From: Setoptus koraiensis
Taxonomy: Eukaryota; Animalia; Arthropoda
NCBI GenBank assembly: GCA_048013815.1
Contig: CM106585.1
Coordinates: forward strand, 15,872,001-15,936,000
DNA: 64,000 bases
Reading direction: 5' to 3'
How positions within the stretch are numbered: position 1 is the first letter of the stretch; every line of letters starts with the position of its first letter. The notes under the pieces are model-generated. The model was not told the DNA's origin and ran no database searches. It was given only the letters and a program-made list of their open reading frames with translations. Positions 13,457-24,474 of the stretch are shown one piece after another. Position numbers and translations under genes: made by a program.

Positions 13457-15368
13457 TAGGCCGCCGATCACGATCGGCCGTCGGATATAATGGCGGCCGT
13501 GTCGATGCTCGCACACAAATATTGTGAGTAGCGGGCATGATTGATGATGGTCGCCGTCGGTTTGGTGGTCGGCCAACGAGCCGTTGTTGTCGCTGTCGCT
13601 GTTGTCGCTGTCGTTGTTGCTGCTGTCGTTGTTGTTGGCCGAGTCAGTTTGTTGGCCTCTGTCGCTCGTCCAGCACACGACCGCCGTCCGGTTGGCGGCG
13701 GCCCGTTCGAGGGGCTAATCACACTTGCACTTAGACCATGACCAACGCGTCCATCTGTACCTGTTGGCTGCAAACGAGATAAGGCTGACCATCAAAACGG
13801 TCGGCCTGCATTGCGTTGCCGCGCAGCTCCACTGATGCCCGGTCGCTGGCTGGCTGGCTGCCTGTTTGCATGAGTGAGCGTCGATAGTCGGAATGGCAGC
13901 GGCGCCAGCAGTTGCGTAATAGCTCGTTGCGCACAAAGCGGGCATGCGTTGCAACAGGTGCGCTGATAATTCACTGATAATTGATATCTTTGTCGGGCCG
14001 GGCCGGCCTGTCCGATTGATCGACATGCACTTGTTTGTACAGTGTGTTGTGTGTGTGTCAGGGTATCGGAGTGTTGTAGTGCCCGAGCGTCGGAGTGCCA
14101 AAGAGCACGGATGGCTGGCTGCTGACTGCTTGCATGTATGCAGATATCGGTTCGCTGGCAAGATACTAATAATGATCCGGCCCGAGCGAGTATGCGTGCA
14201 GGTCGACACACACATAATGTTACACGGTGCGCATAATGTCGAGTGATTAATGCGCTCACGGTGACCCCAAGCAAGCTGGCCTTACGCAATAATGTGCGCT
14301 CATGATGCGGGCCACTGGTCAGCGCAACTGTATCGAGCCGGCTGGCGCTGGCTTGCTGACACAGGCTGCCGGCCGACGGCCGACAGCCAACAGCCAACAG
14401 CCGACAGCCAACTGCAGCGCACTGTCAGATACAGTTATCAGCGGCAACAGCGACAACAACGACAACAGCGACAACGGCGACATACGCGCATGGGCACAAT
14501 CAAGGCTGGACGGCGGATAGGCACAATCGGCTGGCAAGCGGCTCATGTGACTGGAACCGTCAACACGACAATGGCAGTTGTTTTTTGTTGTCGTTGCTTG
14601 TGTCGTTGTTGTTGCCGTCGCCGTTGTCAGTGTTGTTGCCGTTGCCGTTGTCAGTGTTGTTGTTGTTGTCTGATAACTGCATCTGACAATGCCAGCGCAG
14701 GCTGGGCGAGCGCTCGGCGCGCAGATAGGAAGCGAATGATTAGCAAACAGGAAGACTTGACCATTTTGCCTGCTTGCAGCAGGTTTGTTGTTGGCTAACT
14801 GGCTGCGCGCCGAGCCAGAGCGCGACCGAGCCAGAGAGCGACCGAGCCAGCGAGCCAGAGAGCGAGAGTGCAGTGGCGGCGGCGGCGGCGGCGGTTAGTG
14901 TGTCAAGCCAGTTAGAGCTCGGTCGCCGGTTAGCGCTGGCATGCGGCTCGCTCACTCGAGCTCGCAAGTCGAGAGTGGCGTCGCTGGGCCGGATCCGCGA
15001 CGACGACACCAACGCCAGGCCAACAGGCAGCCCGATAAGATTTATTTACCAATTAACTGTTGGCCTGGCCGCTGGCTGCCTGGCGGTGTCGTATATCGGG
15101 CTGGCGGTGTAACATTAGGCTAACCGGTGTGCGCTGCGAGCTGCGAGCTGCGAGAGTAACAGGAAGAGCAATAGGAAAAGAGCAGACAAGTGTCAGGAGG
15201 AGGAAAACAGGAAGAATTGCGTAATGGCTGCCAGTGTCGCCGTCGCCGTTGCCGCCGCTGCCGCCGTTGAGACGGTCTCGCCACTTTCGCTCACTTAAAG
15301 GTGTTATTAGATCAACGAGCGCACTCATACAGGTTATTGTTGCGCTGTTGGGACACGCTGGCTGTGTG

Positions 15369-15403
15369 AGTCTGTTCTTTGCAGAACCTGCAAAGAACAG
15401 ACT
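15369..15403. repeat. Perfect inverted repeat, 16-bp arms, 3-nt loop
   Basis: AGTCTGTTCTTTGCAG-AAC-CTGCAAAGAACAGACT. Confidence 0.93.
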
Positions 15404-15410
15404 GCGGCTT

Positions 15411-15480
15411 CTCGCCGTCGTTCGCCAGCGTTCGCCGTCGTTCGCCAGCCCCGGCCAGCGTTCGCCAGCCCTCGACAGAG
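15411..15480. repeat. 10-bp minisatellite x7 (TTCGCCAGCG consensus)
   Basis: Seven consecutive degenerate units read directly. Confidence 0.85.
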
Positions 15481-16231
15481 CCGGCGAGCGCATTGTGCCA
15501 AGGGAACGGCACATAAGCAACAGAGCACATAATGTGGCTGCACTAATGGCAGCCCAGTAATGGGCCAGCACGCAACAGCAAACGCCAGCCAGTGTGACGC
15601 AACTGGCGACACTGGCCCGACTCTCGCAAGTGTCGCTCGAGCCGCGCCAGCGAAACTTGTTCCGTTGGCGCGCCACTATTTGTCCCATTGTGCCCGGCGC
15701 CGGCGGCGCCGGCGATAAACGCTGCCCGCCGCAAGCGAGCGCCGGCCGGGCCGCCTCCCACTGTCCCTCCGGTGCGGCCAGCCGATGGCCCGACTGTTGC
15801 CGGCCCGACCGTCGCCGGCCCGAGCGTCGCCGGCGAGACACCCTAGAGCCGACGGCGCTGGGCCGGGCCAGCGGCGGCGCAGCCGGCAGCGGCCGCCTCC
15901 GAGCGAGCAGCGCAAAACAACTTTTCGAGCCGTCTCAGCGCCGTTTTGTTGCTTTGTTTCTGCAACAAGTGGCCGACTCAGCTCGCAGGCCGGCAGCTCG
16001 CCAGCAGGCCGGTGTGACAGGCAGCGCTGCCAGCCAGCCAGTCGCAAAGACAATTGGCCCGACTTTGGCTCGCTTCCACCGGCTCACACACACTCTCGGC
16101 CGAGAGCGACTCGCCGAGAGTCGCAGGCTCAACGGGCGCACTCATACCTGAGACGGCGGCCGTGCGTCGCGGGCAAAAAAGGCTCGCTCTCACAGGTGTA
16201 ATTGACAAAAGTGTCAAAAATTTGTCTCCCT

Positions 16232-16316
16232 GCTCGCGGGCTGCACAAGCTCGCGGGCTGCACAAGCTCGCGGGCTGCACAAGCTCGCGGGCCGCACAAG
16301 CTCGCGGGCTGCACAA
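16232..16316. repeat. 17-bp minisatellite x5 (GCTCGCGGGCTGCACAA)
   Basis: Units at 16232, 16249, 16266, 16283 (one T>C) and 16300. Confidence 0.95.
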
Positions 16317-16400
16317 GCGGCCGCCTTGCGCAAGCGGCTGCCTCGCACAAGCGGCCGCCCGGCCGCTGGCATGACGCTATCTAGCCAGCGCCTAGCCAGC

Positions 16401-16489
16401 ATCTGGCCGGTATCTGCGAGCGGTATCTGCGAGCGGTATCTGAGCGGTATCTGAGCGGTATCTGGCCGGTATCTGGCCGGTAGCTGAGC
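16401..16489. repeat. 11-13-bp minisatellite with CGGTATCTG core
   Basis: About seven copies of CGGTATCTG or a variant separated by G, AG or CGAG-type linkers. Confidence 0.88.
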
Positions 16490-17260
16490 ACAATGTGAGC
16501 GGTATGTGCGACGCAGCGAGCCGCCAGCCGAGCAGCCAGCGGTAGTGGTGCAAGCGTCTATCCTTGTGGATTTATATCAATGGATAACGACACAACACAA
16601 TGGCTCAACTTTGCAGAACACGACAACAAGCCCGCTCTCGCAAGTCGTTAGTTTTCATTAGATGGAGCCATTAGATGATGGCGCATCTCCTATGTCACCA
16701 GCGATTTCTCTGTCTCTCTCTGTCGCACGCCTAGCCAGTCCATTGTAGACGCACCGTACGCCTATCCAAACGTCGTCGTACTATCGTACCGACCATACGA
16801 GCCGCCAGCCAGCCAGCCAGCCAGTGTGTGTGTGTGTGTGTGTGCGCTAGCCAGTGATACGTTTCCACCTCTCGGCGAGTGTCATAATATATTGGCTCAA
16901 CAGCTACAACAACAGCGATCATCAACAACGACAACGACATCATTACTACACATGTATAACTCGATGCCCATCGCCATTGTATTGTAAATTACGCAATTTG
17001 TTGTCGATTCGCCCAATTCGCCGCCGCCGCCGAGCAGCAAGTACGCGCCAAAAGCCCCTTGCCCGTTTCCCTTTCGCAGGCGATAAAGCCCACACACTGC
17101 CTTCACAATTGCCTTCGTTCGTTCGTTGGCAAAGTCAAGTTGCACACTGCCAATCACAAAATCAGCTACTTGTTAGCAAGCCAGTGCAACAGACGCACAC
17201 ACAGTGTGTGCGATCCGACGTGATGCTCATATTCCCTGCAAGCAATACCAAGCAATTCAT

Positions 17261-17332
17261 TATTATACAATAATCATTATACAATAATAATTATTATACA
17301 ATATTCGTTATACAATAATCGTTATACGTTAT
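17261..17332. repeat. AT-rich tandem array (TTATACAATAAT-like)
   Basis: Four to five degenerate TTATACAAT units. Confidence 0.75.
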
Positions 17333-17450
17333 CTTCGGCAAACAAATGTGTTGTAAATAGCAACAGATCCACACCCGACCGTCAGCAAGCACCGTTCCAC
17401 CCAGAACCAACAATTCACCCTCAAGCCCCTCGCATTGTCTATCAGGCGCC

Positions 17451-17520
17451 CATCATCGCCGCATCGTGGCCGCATTATCGCCGCATTATCGCCGCATCGT
17501 GGCCGCATTATCGCCGCATT
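17451..17520. repeat. 11-bp tandem array (ATCGCCGCATT / GTGGCCGCATT)
   Basis: Six degenerate units read directly. Confidence 0.85.
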
Positions 17521-18339
17521 GTAACATTGTAGCGTTGCGTCAAGCATCAACACCAAGACAACTGATAGCAGCGCAACAGTAAGTAGAACCCAAACGTTGC
17601 ATCAGCGCAATTCAATCGTATTGTTCCCAAAAATGACGCCACAGTGATTGCAACAGCAGGCCGGCATGTCTGCGAGCCGCTCCATCGCCGCTCCATCGAC
17701 GCTCCATAGACACTCCATGGAGACGCGGAGAGCGCCCAGTGTCAGTAGAGGCACGGTCCATGATGGCGAAAGTGTATCCGTTGACAGCCGGCGCACAATG
17801 CAGCCAAAACTAGAAAACATTTGAGTTATTTGACACCATTGCCATAGTGTCGTGTCATCGCAACAGTGTATCATATAAACTCCTGTTATATTACATAATA
17901 TTATATAATACAAACGATGCACAAACAACAACAGTGTTGCAATTTTGAAGCACGGCACAACATCCGCGCCTGATGGGCCACAGTTGAGCGCGAGGCCCGT
18001 CGGTATGTGATATTGATTGGTATGTGCCGGTGATAGTTGCGCAATGGCGCCAGTGGACAGTCTCGACAACGTCATTTGCAACAATCCATTGATAGCGATC
18101 CGTCGATAGCAGTCCATCGTTGGCGTCGATTGATTGCGACGACAGCGAGCATTCTGGCACACATACCAAACAAGTCAATAATAAACTCCGACAGCGCTTA
18201 TTACATTGTCTGGCAATTGTGGGAGCAGCGCGTATCTGGCGAGCTTTCTCAAAGCTGTTTTGCGATCGTCACTCTCGCCCAGCGCCATTGCATAATAGTC
18301 GTTCGCTAGGAAAGTTTGCTGTAATGTGGCTGCATTGCG

Positions 18340-18382
18340 CACTGTAATACACTGTATCACACTGTGCATGTGTATTACAGTG
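18340..18382. repeat. Perfect inverted repeat, 13-bp arms, extendable with G:U pairs
   Basis: CACTGTAATACAC (18340-18352) / GTGTATTACAGTG (18370-18382). Confidence 0.88.
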
Positions 18383-18808
18383 TGCCGAGCAGCGACAGGT
18401 AATGCGACGAGGTGCTGCAGCGCACAGTACCTGTACCGAGGTGTCAAAGTATTAACAAGCGCCGCATGTGTTAGCTAATAAACGTCAGACCAAATAAAAG
18501 TCGTCCTGGGGAATCCTGGAGAGAACGCGGGCGCGATATTAATGCGAATAACAACAACAATATTGTTAATCCGCTCGTTATAAGTGTGTGTGAAAAGGCG
18601 AGTTGTTTTTGTTTTTAACGACACACTTACGCTGGCTTGCGCCTATGCAAACACACACACACACACACACACACTCACCTTGATACGCGCACACTCACGA
18701 CGGTTGTGCGACTCACAACTGTTTTGAGTCTCACAAGGAGCGAGAGCGTGCTGTCGCTAGTCGACGCACAGTCGCGAACCAGCAACGAGAGAGCGCTCAC
18801 TCTCACTT

Positions 18809-18848
18809 TGTTGTTGTTGTTGTTGTTGCTGTTGTTGTTGTTGTTGTT
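18809..18848. repeat. (TTG)n microsatellite
   Basis: About 13 TTG units with one CTG interruption. Confidence 0.9.
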
Positions 18849-19228
18849 ATGCACATAATTGCCGTGGCCCGCGAACACACAAACGTAAACATGTGATGTG
18901 TGGCGAGCGGCACGGCAGTGCAGCCCGTGAGTTGTACAGCCTATACTGTTGTTAGTGCACGCTGCCTGTCGCAAGTGCACAAACGAGCAAAAATTCGATT
19001 ATCGCCACAACATTGTGGAAAAATTCCACGTTCAGCTGTCGCAATCCAGTCTGAAAAATTCGATCCGGAGAATTTCGTTTCTGGGCTCGGCGGCAAAATT
19101 CTATTTCCGCGCCAGAGGAGAAAAATTCGACGCTCAATAGTTCGATTTGCGCGAGCGAGCAATATTTGCAGAAAATTTCTAGGTTGCAGTGGCACGCAGT
19201 TGATCGGCCGACCTGGTCCAGTCGAAAT

Positions 19229-19294
19229 CACTCATTAAATAGACAATTAATTAGACACTCATCAAATAGACAATTAATTAGACACTCATTAAAT
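19229..19294. repeat. 27-bp tandem duplication (2.4 units)
   Basis: CACTCAT(T/C)AAATAGACAATTAATTAGA at 19229 and 19256, plus a partial unit at 19283. Confidence 0.9.
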
Positions 19295-20154
19295 TCACTC
19301 AATCAATTGACCAGATCAACGGTTGATGCAAGTTGCACACAATTGCCAATTTGCATGAAGCGACCTGAGTGAACGCACCTATTACATGTAGTATAATGTT
19401 TATTATTTTCTTTCCATCATCCCAGCCTCAACATGGACTTGGCCAGCTCTTGAGTCGACCGACACCAGCAATACTCGATAAATCACATTAATTACAGCAA
19501 AGCGAGCCAGCAACAACCAGCGATTTGTCCAAGCTCACAAACAATCGACGCAATCACGCAGCAAGATAAATCATCATCGTCTTGCACTAGACGACACAAA
19601 CGCATGACACCACAACAGGGATTGCCAATTGCCAAAATCATCATTGTGCAACCATAATCATTATTATCATCATTGTTTGTAAAATAATAGCATAGACTCT
19701 CACCGAATACACCAAACTCATTACCTCTGACAAAGGCACTCTCAAGCACATCAAAACAAGTCTTGTGTGCAACAACTATAGCTACAACTAGCACTATCTG
19801 CAGTATCCAAACAAACGGCTACCTTATACCACAAGCCTGGGTTGTCACAGCAACCACGGGGCGCATCCAGGCCAGCTCAATCAGACAAAATCAAACGAGG
19901 ACACCACCACTTTTCACTTCACTATATTCATTCACATCTCAACCATCTCAACTAGCTGCACCAAATCGCCACCAATATTTATAAGTGAACGGACATATCA
20001 CTTATACAATCAACATATTATATAAAATAAAATATTATATTATATTAAATATATACACGCCACCATTTAGGCCAAGTGCAAGACACCTTGCATCAAACCA
20101 TTCGACACATCGCACGGCAGCTATCAAGTAGCGCGCATTCACCCCATTGGCACC

Positions 20155-22305
20155 ATGTTAATCAACAAATGTTTTGCAACAATATGTAATCTCATAAAAC
20201 TAAAAATGTCACTAGTGATAACTCTGGCCCTTTTCATGGTCTTGAACAGCTTACACCATCAACATGTTGAAGCGTTCCAATACGACATATGGTTTAAATA
20301 TCCTCACCCGTACACAGTCACAGATCCCATAACCTATTGTCAACAGAATGCAACTCAACGCAACAATAATTGTCAAACTTCTCTACCTATTTATGTCAAT
20401 ACATTGGACTCACAAAAAACACTAATTCCGTACACTATTGGACAATTGCTTGATTTTTGCTCCCTATCAGACGCTAGGGAATTCGATCACTCTCAGCATA
20501 CCGAATGGGACGACAACATCAGATTGGCACCATTTGATATTAAGTTCATGCGAAATGAAGAATGTAAGATCTTGTGCAAAAAAAGCTACAAAATGAGCCA
20601 ACACAATGATTTATACAGACTCGAGGAATTAAGATTGGGTATTACACGTGATTATTATCATCATTGGTTCACCGACACATTTCCGGCATCATGGTGCTAC
20701 AAGCAACCACCTACTCCAGCTACTCTAAATAGTCACACGCGTAACAAGGAGTGCTTCATTGGTTTCCCCATTGGTTACAGCACAGACGATAGAGGTCTGC
20801 CGGAAGACGATAGAGTATTGATGGGTAATTTTAGTAAGCCAAACTCGTTATTTTTGTTCAATCATTTTGATTTTACCATATTCTATGAGAGTGGAGAAGG
20901 TAAACCGTGGGCCGGTAAAGCTGGCTCTCAAGCTGGAAGAATAACAGCATTTAGAATTAATCCCAGAAGTATTAAACACAATCTGGATAATAATCAACCC
21001 AACGCCGATACTACTAATAAATGCTCCTGGGCTGAGCTACCAATGGAGATACCATCCTATTATCATTATGGTATGAATGTTACTCTACAGATTTCCTTCT
21101 CATATTCTGTCAAGTTTGTTGAAGATGAGCCCACAGCCACATGGTCTCAACGATGGCAACGACTAGAATCCACCTTACCTGGTACGGCCAAAGGAAAATG
21201 GATTATTGTATTGGCTGTATTGACATTACTTTTAACAGCTGCCCCGGCCGCCTATGCCATAGCAAGGACTATATTCTCTGATCATGTTCTCATTTATATT
21301 AATCCACGAGACTCTAGCGATGAATTAACCTGGAAATTAATGGCGGGCGATATATTTCGTGAACCGTTACACATTGGTCTCTTCAGTGTTTTAGTTGGTA
21401 GTGGATGCCAATTTATAGCGTCTGTATTGTTATCGGAATTTTTCTCAGTATTTGTTGCTTTATTATCGACATCACTATTAGTCATAATAGTATCACTCTT
21501 TGTATTGATACACGGATTTGTTGGTGGATATGTGGCAGTTCGTTTATACAGAACTTTCGGCGGCGAATCATGGCGTACTATTTGCATGTTAGTCACTGCT
21601 TTGAATCCACTAGTCCTATTCTGCTTATTAGTTATGTCAAGAAATCTATTACTGCTATATAATGGTAGTCTAATGGCACTAAATGTGGGCTTGTTTTGGT
21701 CTTTATTCATGGCACTGCTTTGTTTTGCCTTCTCATTGCCATCCGCAATGGCCGGAGGAAATATAGCTTTCAAGAAATCATCAATAGAATTCCCAGTCAG
21801 GCCAACAGCAAACGCAAGGGAATTACCAGAGCAGCTACTATGGCGACAACCGTTGATTACAACACTCCTTGTTGGCCTAATACCTTTGTTAGGATTCTGG
21901 TACGTCGAGGCCTATCCATTCTACGATTCTGGAGGATATGTAATAACTGTGATTACAATAATGACGGTGATATGCGTATCAATTAGTCATTGTTATTACA
22001 ACCTAACCCTACAAGACTACCGTTGGTGGTGGCGCTCATACTTGGCCTGTGGTGTCGCAGCCGGTTACTACTTCGTCCACTGCGTATTCTATATATTTAG
22101 CAATTTATTTGTTGATTCCCTATCGAATGCTATGTTATATATATCGTTTGCATTCTTTATATGTCTAGCATTGTTTTTGTTGACAGGAACCATAGGTTTC
22201 CTTGTTACATTTACTTTCCTCTGGCAAACATACAGTCGCGCGAACCCCTCGCCTGATATGAACTATGCAGTATTCCACAAATCAAGTGAGATGACCGTGC
22301 AATGA
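20155..22305 (+). CDS. Transmembrane 9 superfamily (TM9SF/EMP70) protein, divergent, intronless; likely start ATG 20206
   Basis: Signal peptide, lumenal motifs VNTLDS..TLIPY, PFDIKF...CKILC, GFPIG and LFNH, then WKLMAGDIFREP, VGSGCQ, GFVGGY, YRWWWRSY and multiple hydrophobic helices. Confidence 0.88.
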   Translation: MLINKCFATICNLIKLKMSLVITLALFMVLNSLHHQHVEAFQYDIWFKYPHPYTVTDPITYCQQNATQRNNNCQTSLPIYVNTLDSQKTLIPYTIGQLLDFCSLSDAREFDHSQHTEWDDNIRLAPFDIKFMRNEECKILCKKSYKMSQHNDLYRLEELRLGITRDYYHHWFTDTFPASWCYKQPPTPATLNSHTRNKECFIGFPIGYSTDDRGLPEDDRVLMGNFSKPNSLFLFNHFDFTIFYESGEGKPWAGKAGSQAGRITAFRINPRSIKHNLDNNQPNADTTNKCSWAELPMEIPSYYHYGMNVTLQISFSYSVKFVEDEPTATWSQRWQRLESTLPGTAKGKWIIVLAVLTLLLTAAPAAYAIARTIFSDHVLIYINPRDSSDELTWKLMAGDIFREPLHIGLFSVLVGSGCQFIASVLLSEFFSVFVALLSTSLLVIIVSLFVLIHGFVGGYVAVRLYRTFGGESWRTICMLVTALNPLVLFCLLVMSRNLLLLYNGSLMALNVGLFWSLFMALLCFAFSLPSAMAGGNIAFKKSSIEFPVRPTANARELPEQLLWRQPLITTLLVGLIPLLGFWYVEAYPFYDSGGYVITVITIMTVICVSISHCYYNLTLQDYRWWWRSYLACGVAAGYYFVHCVFYIFSNLFVDSLSNAMLYISFAFFICLALFLLTGTIGFLVTFTFLWQTYSRANPSPDMNYAVFHKSSEMTVQ

Positions 22306-24474
22306 TGATTACCGACATAATTTACGGCTTGGAGAATGAATCAAGCCATTTTTGAATCAAGGAATGTAAGCCAAGAAAAGGAAAAAAAGAGAAAATTTAG
22401 AAAAGAAAGGTAGAAAGATTTTAAATTGAAGTGATTTATAGACCTAACCGATTGCTGTCTTAAAAAAAAGCTTAAAGTCACAAACACACAAATCTCAATT
22501 TGATCGACACCAAACTGACAAAACTGATAAACATGGAACAATCACCGATGAAAAGTTGATGGTTTTGAGCACATGCGACTAGTAGCACATGTATATTAAT
22601 CATATAAATATTAACAATCAATAAAAAAATCACAAATCACAAGAATATCATTCAGGTAAATAGTTTCTACTGTTGAACCCATTTATACATTGTACCGTGA
22701 CGAGCAGTTTTCGGAGCAAATGAAACAGCGAAAGCTTATGCAACCATCAGTGTGAATACTAAAATGATCGATGGTCGTATGCATTTGAATATTTATGGAT
22801 TCGGGAGATAAAGATTAGTGTTTGAGGAGCAGTTTTTGGGTCCATCGAAATTTCGAGAAATTGATTGCAAGGAAAGCATGCTTCCGACTTTGCGACTAAA
22901 AAATTCGAACTACTACTTGTGTGAACCAGATGGAGGGCTCTTGCTCGAAGTAATAAACACTTGACAATCGAATTAGACGTAACTAATCGAATGATCGTAA
23001 TTAATTAATTTTCATAGACAGGCGATTTAATTTGGCAAAAGCGTGGCGTAACGGTGCAACATCCAACGATATATTTCAACAATGTAAATTTTTTATGTCG
23101 CCACTCTAGATTCTTGTGTCTAGATTTATTTACTAGTGAACCAGTTATTTCGATTGTGTGTTGTTTTTGTTTAAAACAAATCACTGTTATTGTGTGCTTC
23201 CTCCTGATTACTTTCGAAATGGAAGCGTGACCTATAGAGGATCAACAATTGATTACATAATTTGTTGTAGCCACCTATACGTTACAAATTTTTTACAGTA
23301 CACGGTTGTACCGGTATTTGTCGGAGCAGATGGAATAGAGTTTTTCACTATTCATCCTCATACTAAGATCTATGCTCCATATGAGTCTATTGTTGTTCTG
23401 TTGAGTTTTGTTAGATGCCGTTGAGGATACAACAAGATCAATTATCACCCTAAACAAGAGTGTCCAAACAGAGTGCCATTCGGATGTTCAGTGTAGTGGC
23501 TAGAAATAGAGGAAAGGGGCAATTCTAATCTAATTATAAGATCCTTCTCTGTATAAAAGAAGTAGTAGTGAGAAGAATGTCGCTCACAAAATAAGCTTGT
23601 TATCAGATTAAGAAAGTTTGTAGTCTAATGTCTGGTGTCTGGCGCAAATTGACTTGTACACTTAGTGGACATCGGTGGACAAGAATAGTAAAACTCAATC
23701 GTCTATTGTTTCTATTATGATTGACCTTGAGACATGTAGACTTGTTTGTGTCGGGCGGGATGTATGTGAATTTGTTGTGATCGCAACAACAATAGAGCCG
23801 TACGCACATTTGTTGACTCTTGAACATCAGATCCAGTTTGACTTACTTTGGTTGTATTACTTGGTGTAGGTGACAATTTTCTTTTTGTCACTATTGGAGC
23901 TAATCGTTGGCATGGATAGTGAGTGTCCCAAGTGTCTAAATGGTCACTCTTTCTTCATGCTTGCATAAAGCAACAGATTGCGACGAATTGTGTCATCAAT
24001 TCACCGCCCAAGCAACAACAACAATGAAGACAGCGATGATGTTTATTGATAATGTATGTAGCGCCTAGGAGTAGCGGGCTTGCCCATTCGCTCAGTTTTG
24101 ATTTCGAAGGGTGTCGATAACAAGAGTGAGTTAGTCGGACGTTAGAGCAGCATGTGTGAGTTGTCTTGCGAAGCTAAAAGTATTCAGTTCACACTATGCC
24201 CTATAGCAACAGGATAGACCAATCCAGTCTCAATTTGGTCACTTCGAGACGACACTAGAAGCTGAATTTGGCCGTCATTTGATGTCATGAGCATTAATCA
24301 CCATGATTCAACGCAGACCTTCCACGAGATTGCGACTGTTGCCTACAACATAATAGACGAAAGATCACTAACAATTCAAACTTCAAACAAATTTATTTTG
24401 CGAATTATAATTGGCGAAAGAGGGATTGTAGTAACAGTAGAGCAGTGATTTAAATTAATTAATTTATTAGGCAA

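Noticed and set aside
16232-16316. Regular repeats that could be mistaken for a CRISPR array
   Set aside because: Units are directly adjacent with no spacers, the context is eukaryotic and there are no cas genes.
13400-16400. Many overlapping 60-260 aa ORFs on both strands
   Set aside because: R/A/S/P/C-rich translations of GC-rich low-complexity and tandem-repeat DNA, often with GTG or TTG starts, and no recognisable domain.
19492-19984. ORFs upstream of TM9SF on both strands
   Set aside because: No recognisable motif or consistent splice structure; may be UTR.
21294-21986. Alternative-frame and antisense ORFs inside TM9SF (likewise inside the 972-aa ORF, CDK5R1, DPYS and Lon)
   Set aside because: Shadow ORFs of well-supported genes.
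23158-23424. STIDYI peptide resembling the non-LTR retrotransposon endonuclease motif
   Set aside because: A single short motif with no other endonuclease or reverse transcriptase motifs, poly(A) tail or target-site duplication nearby.
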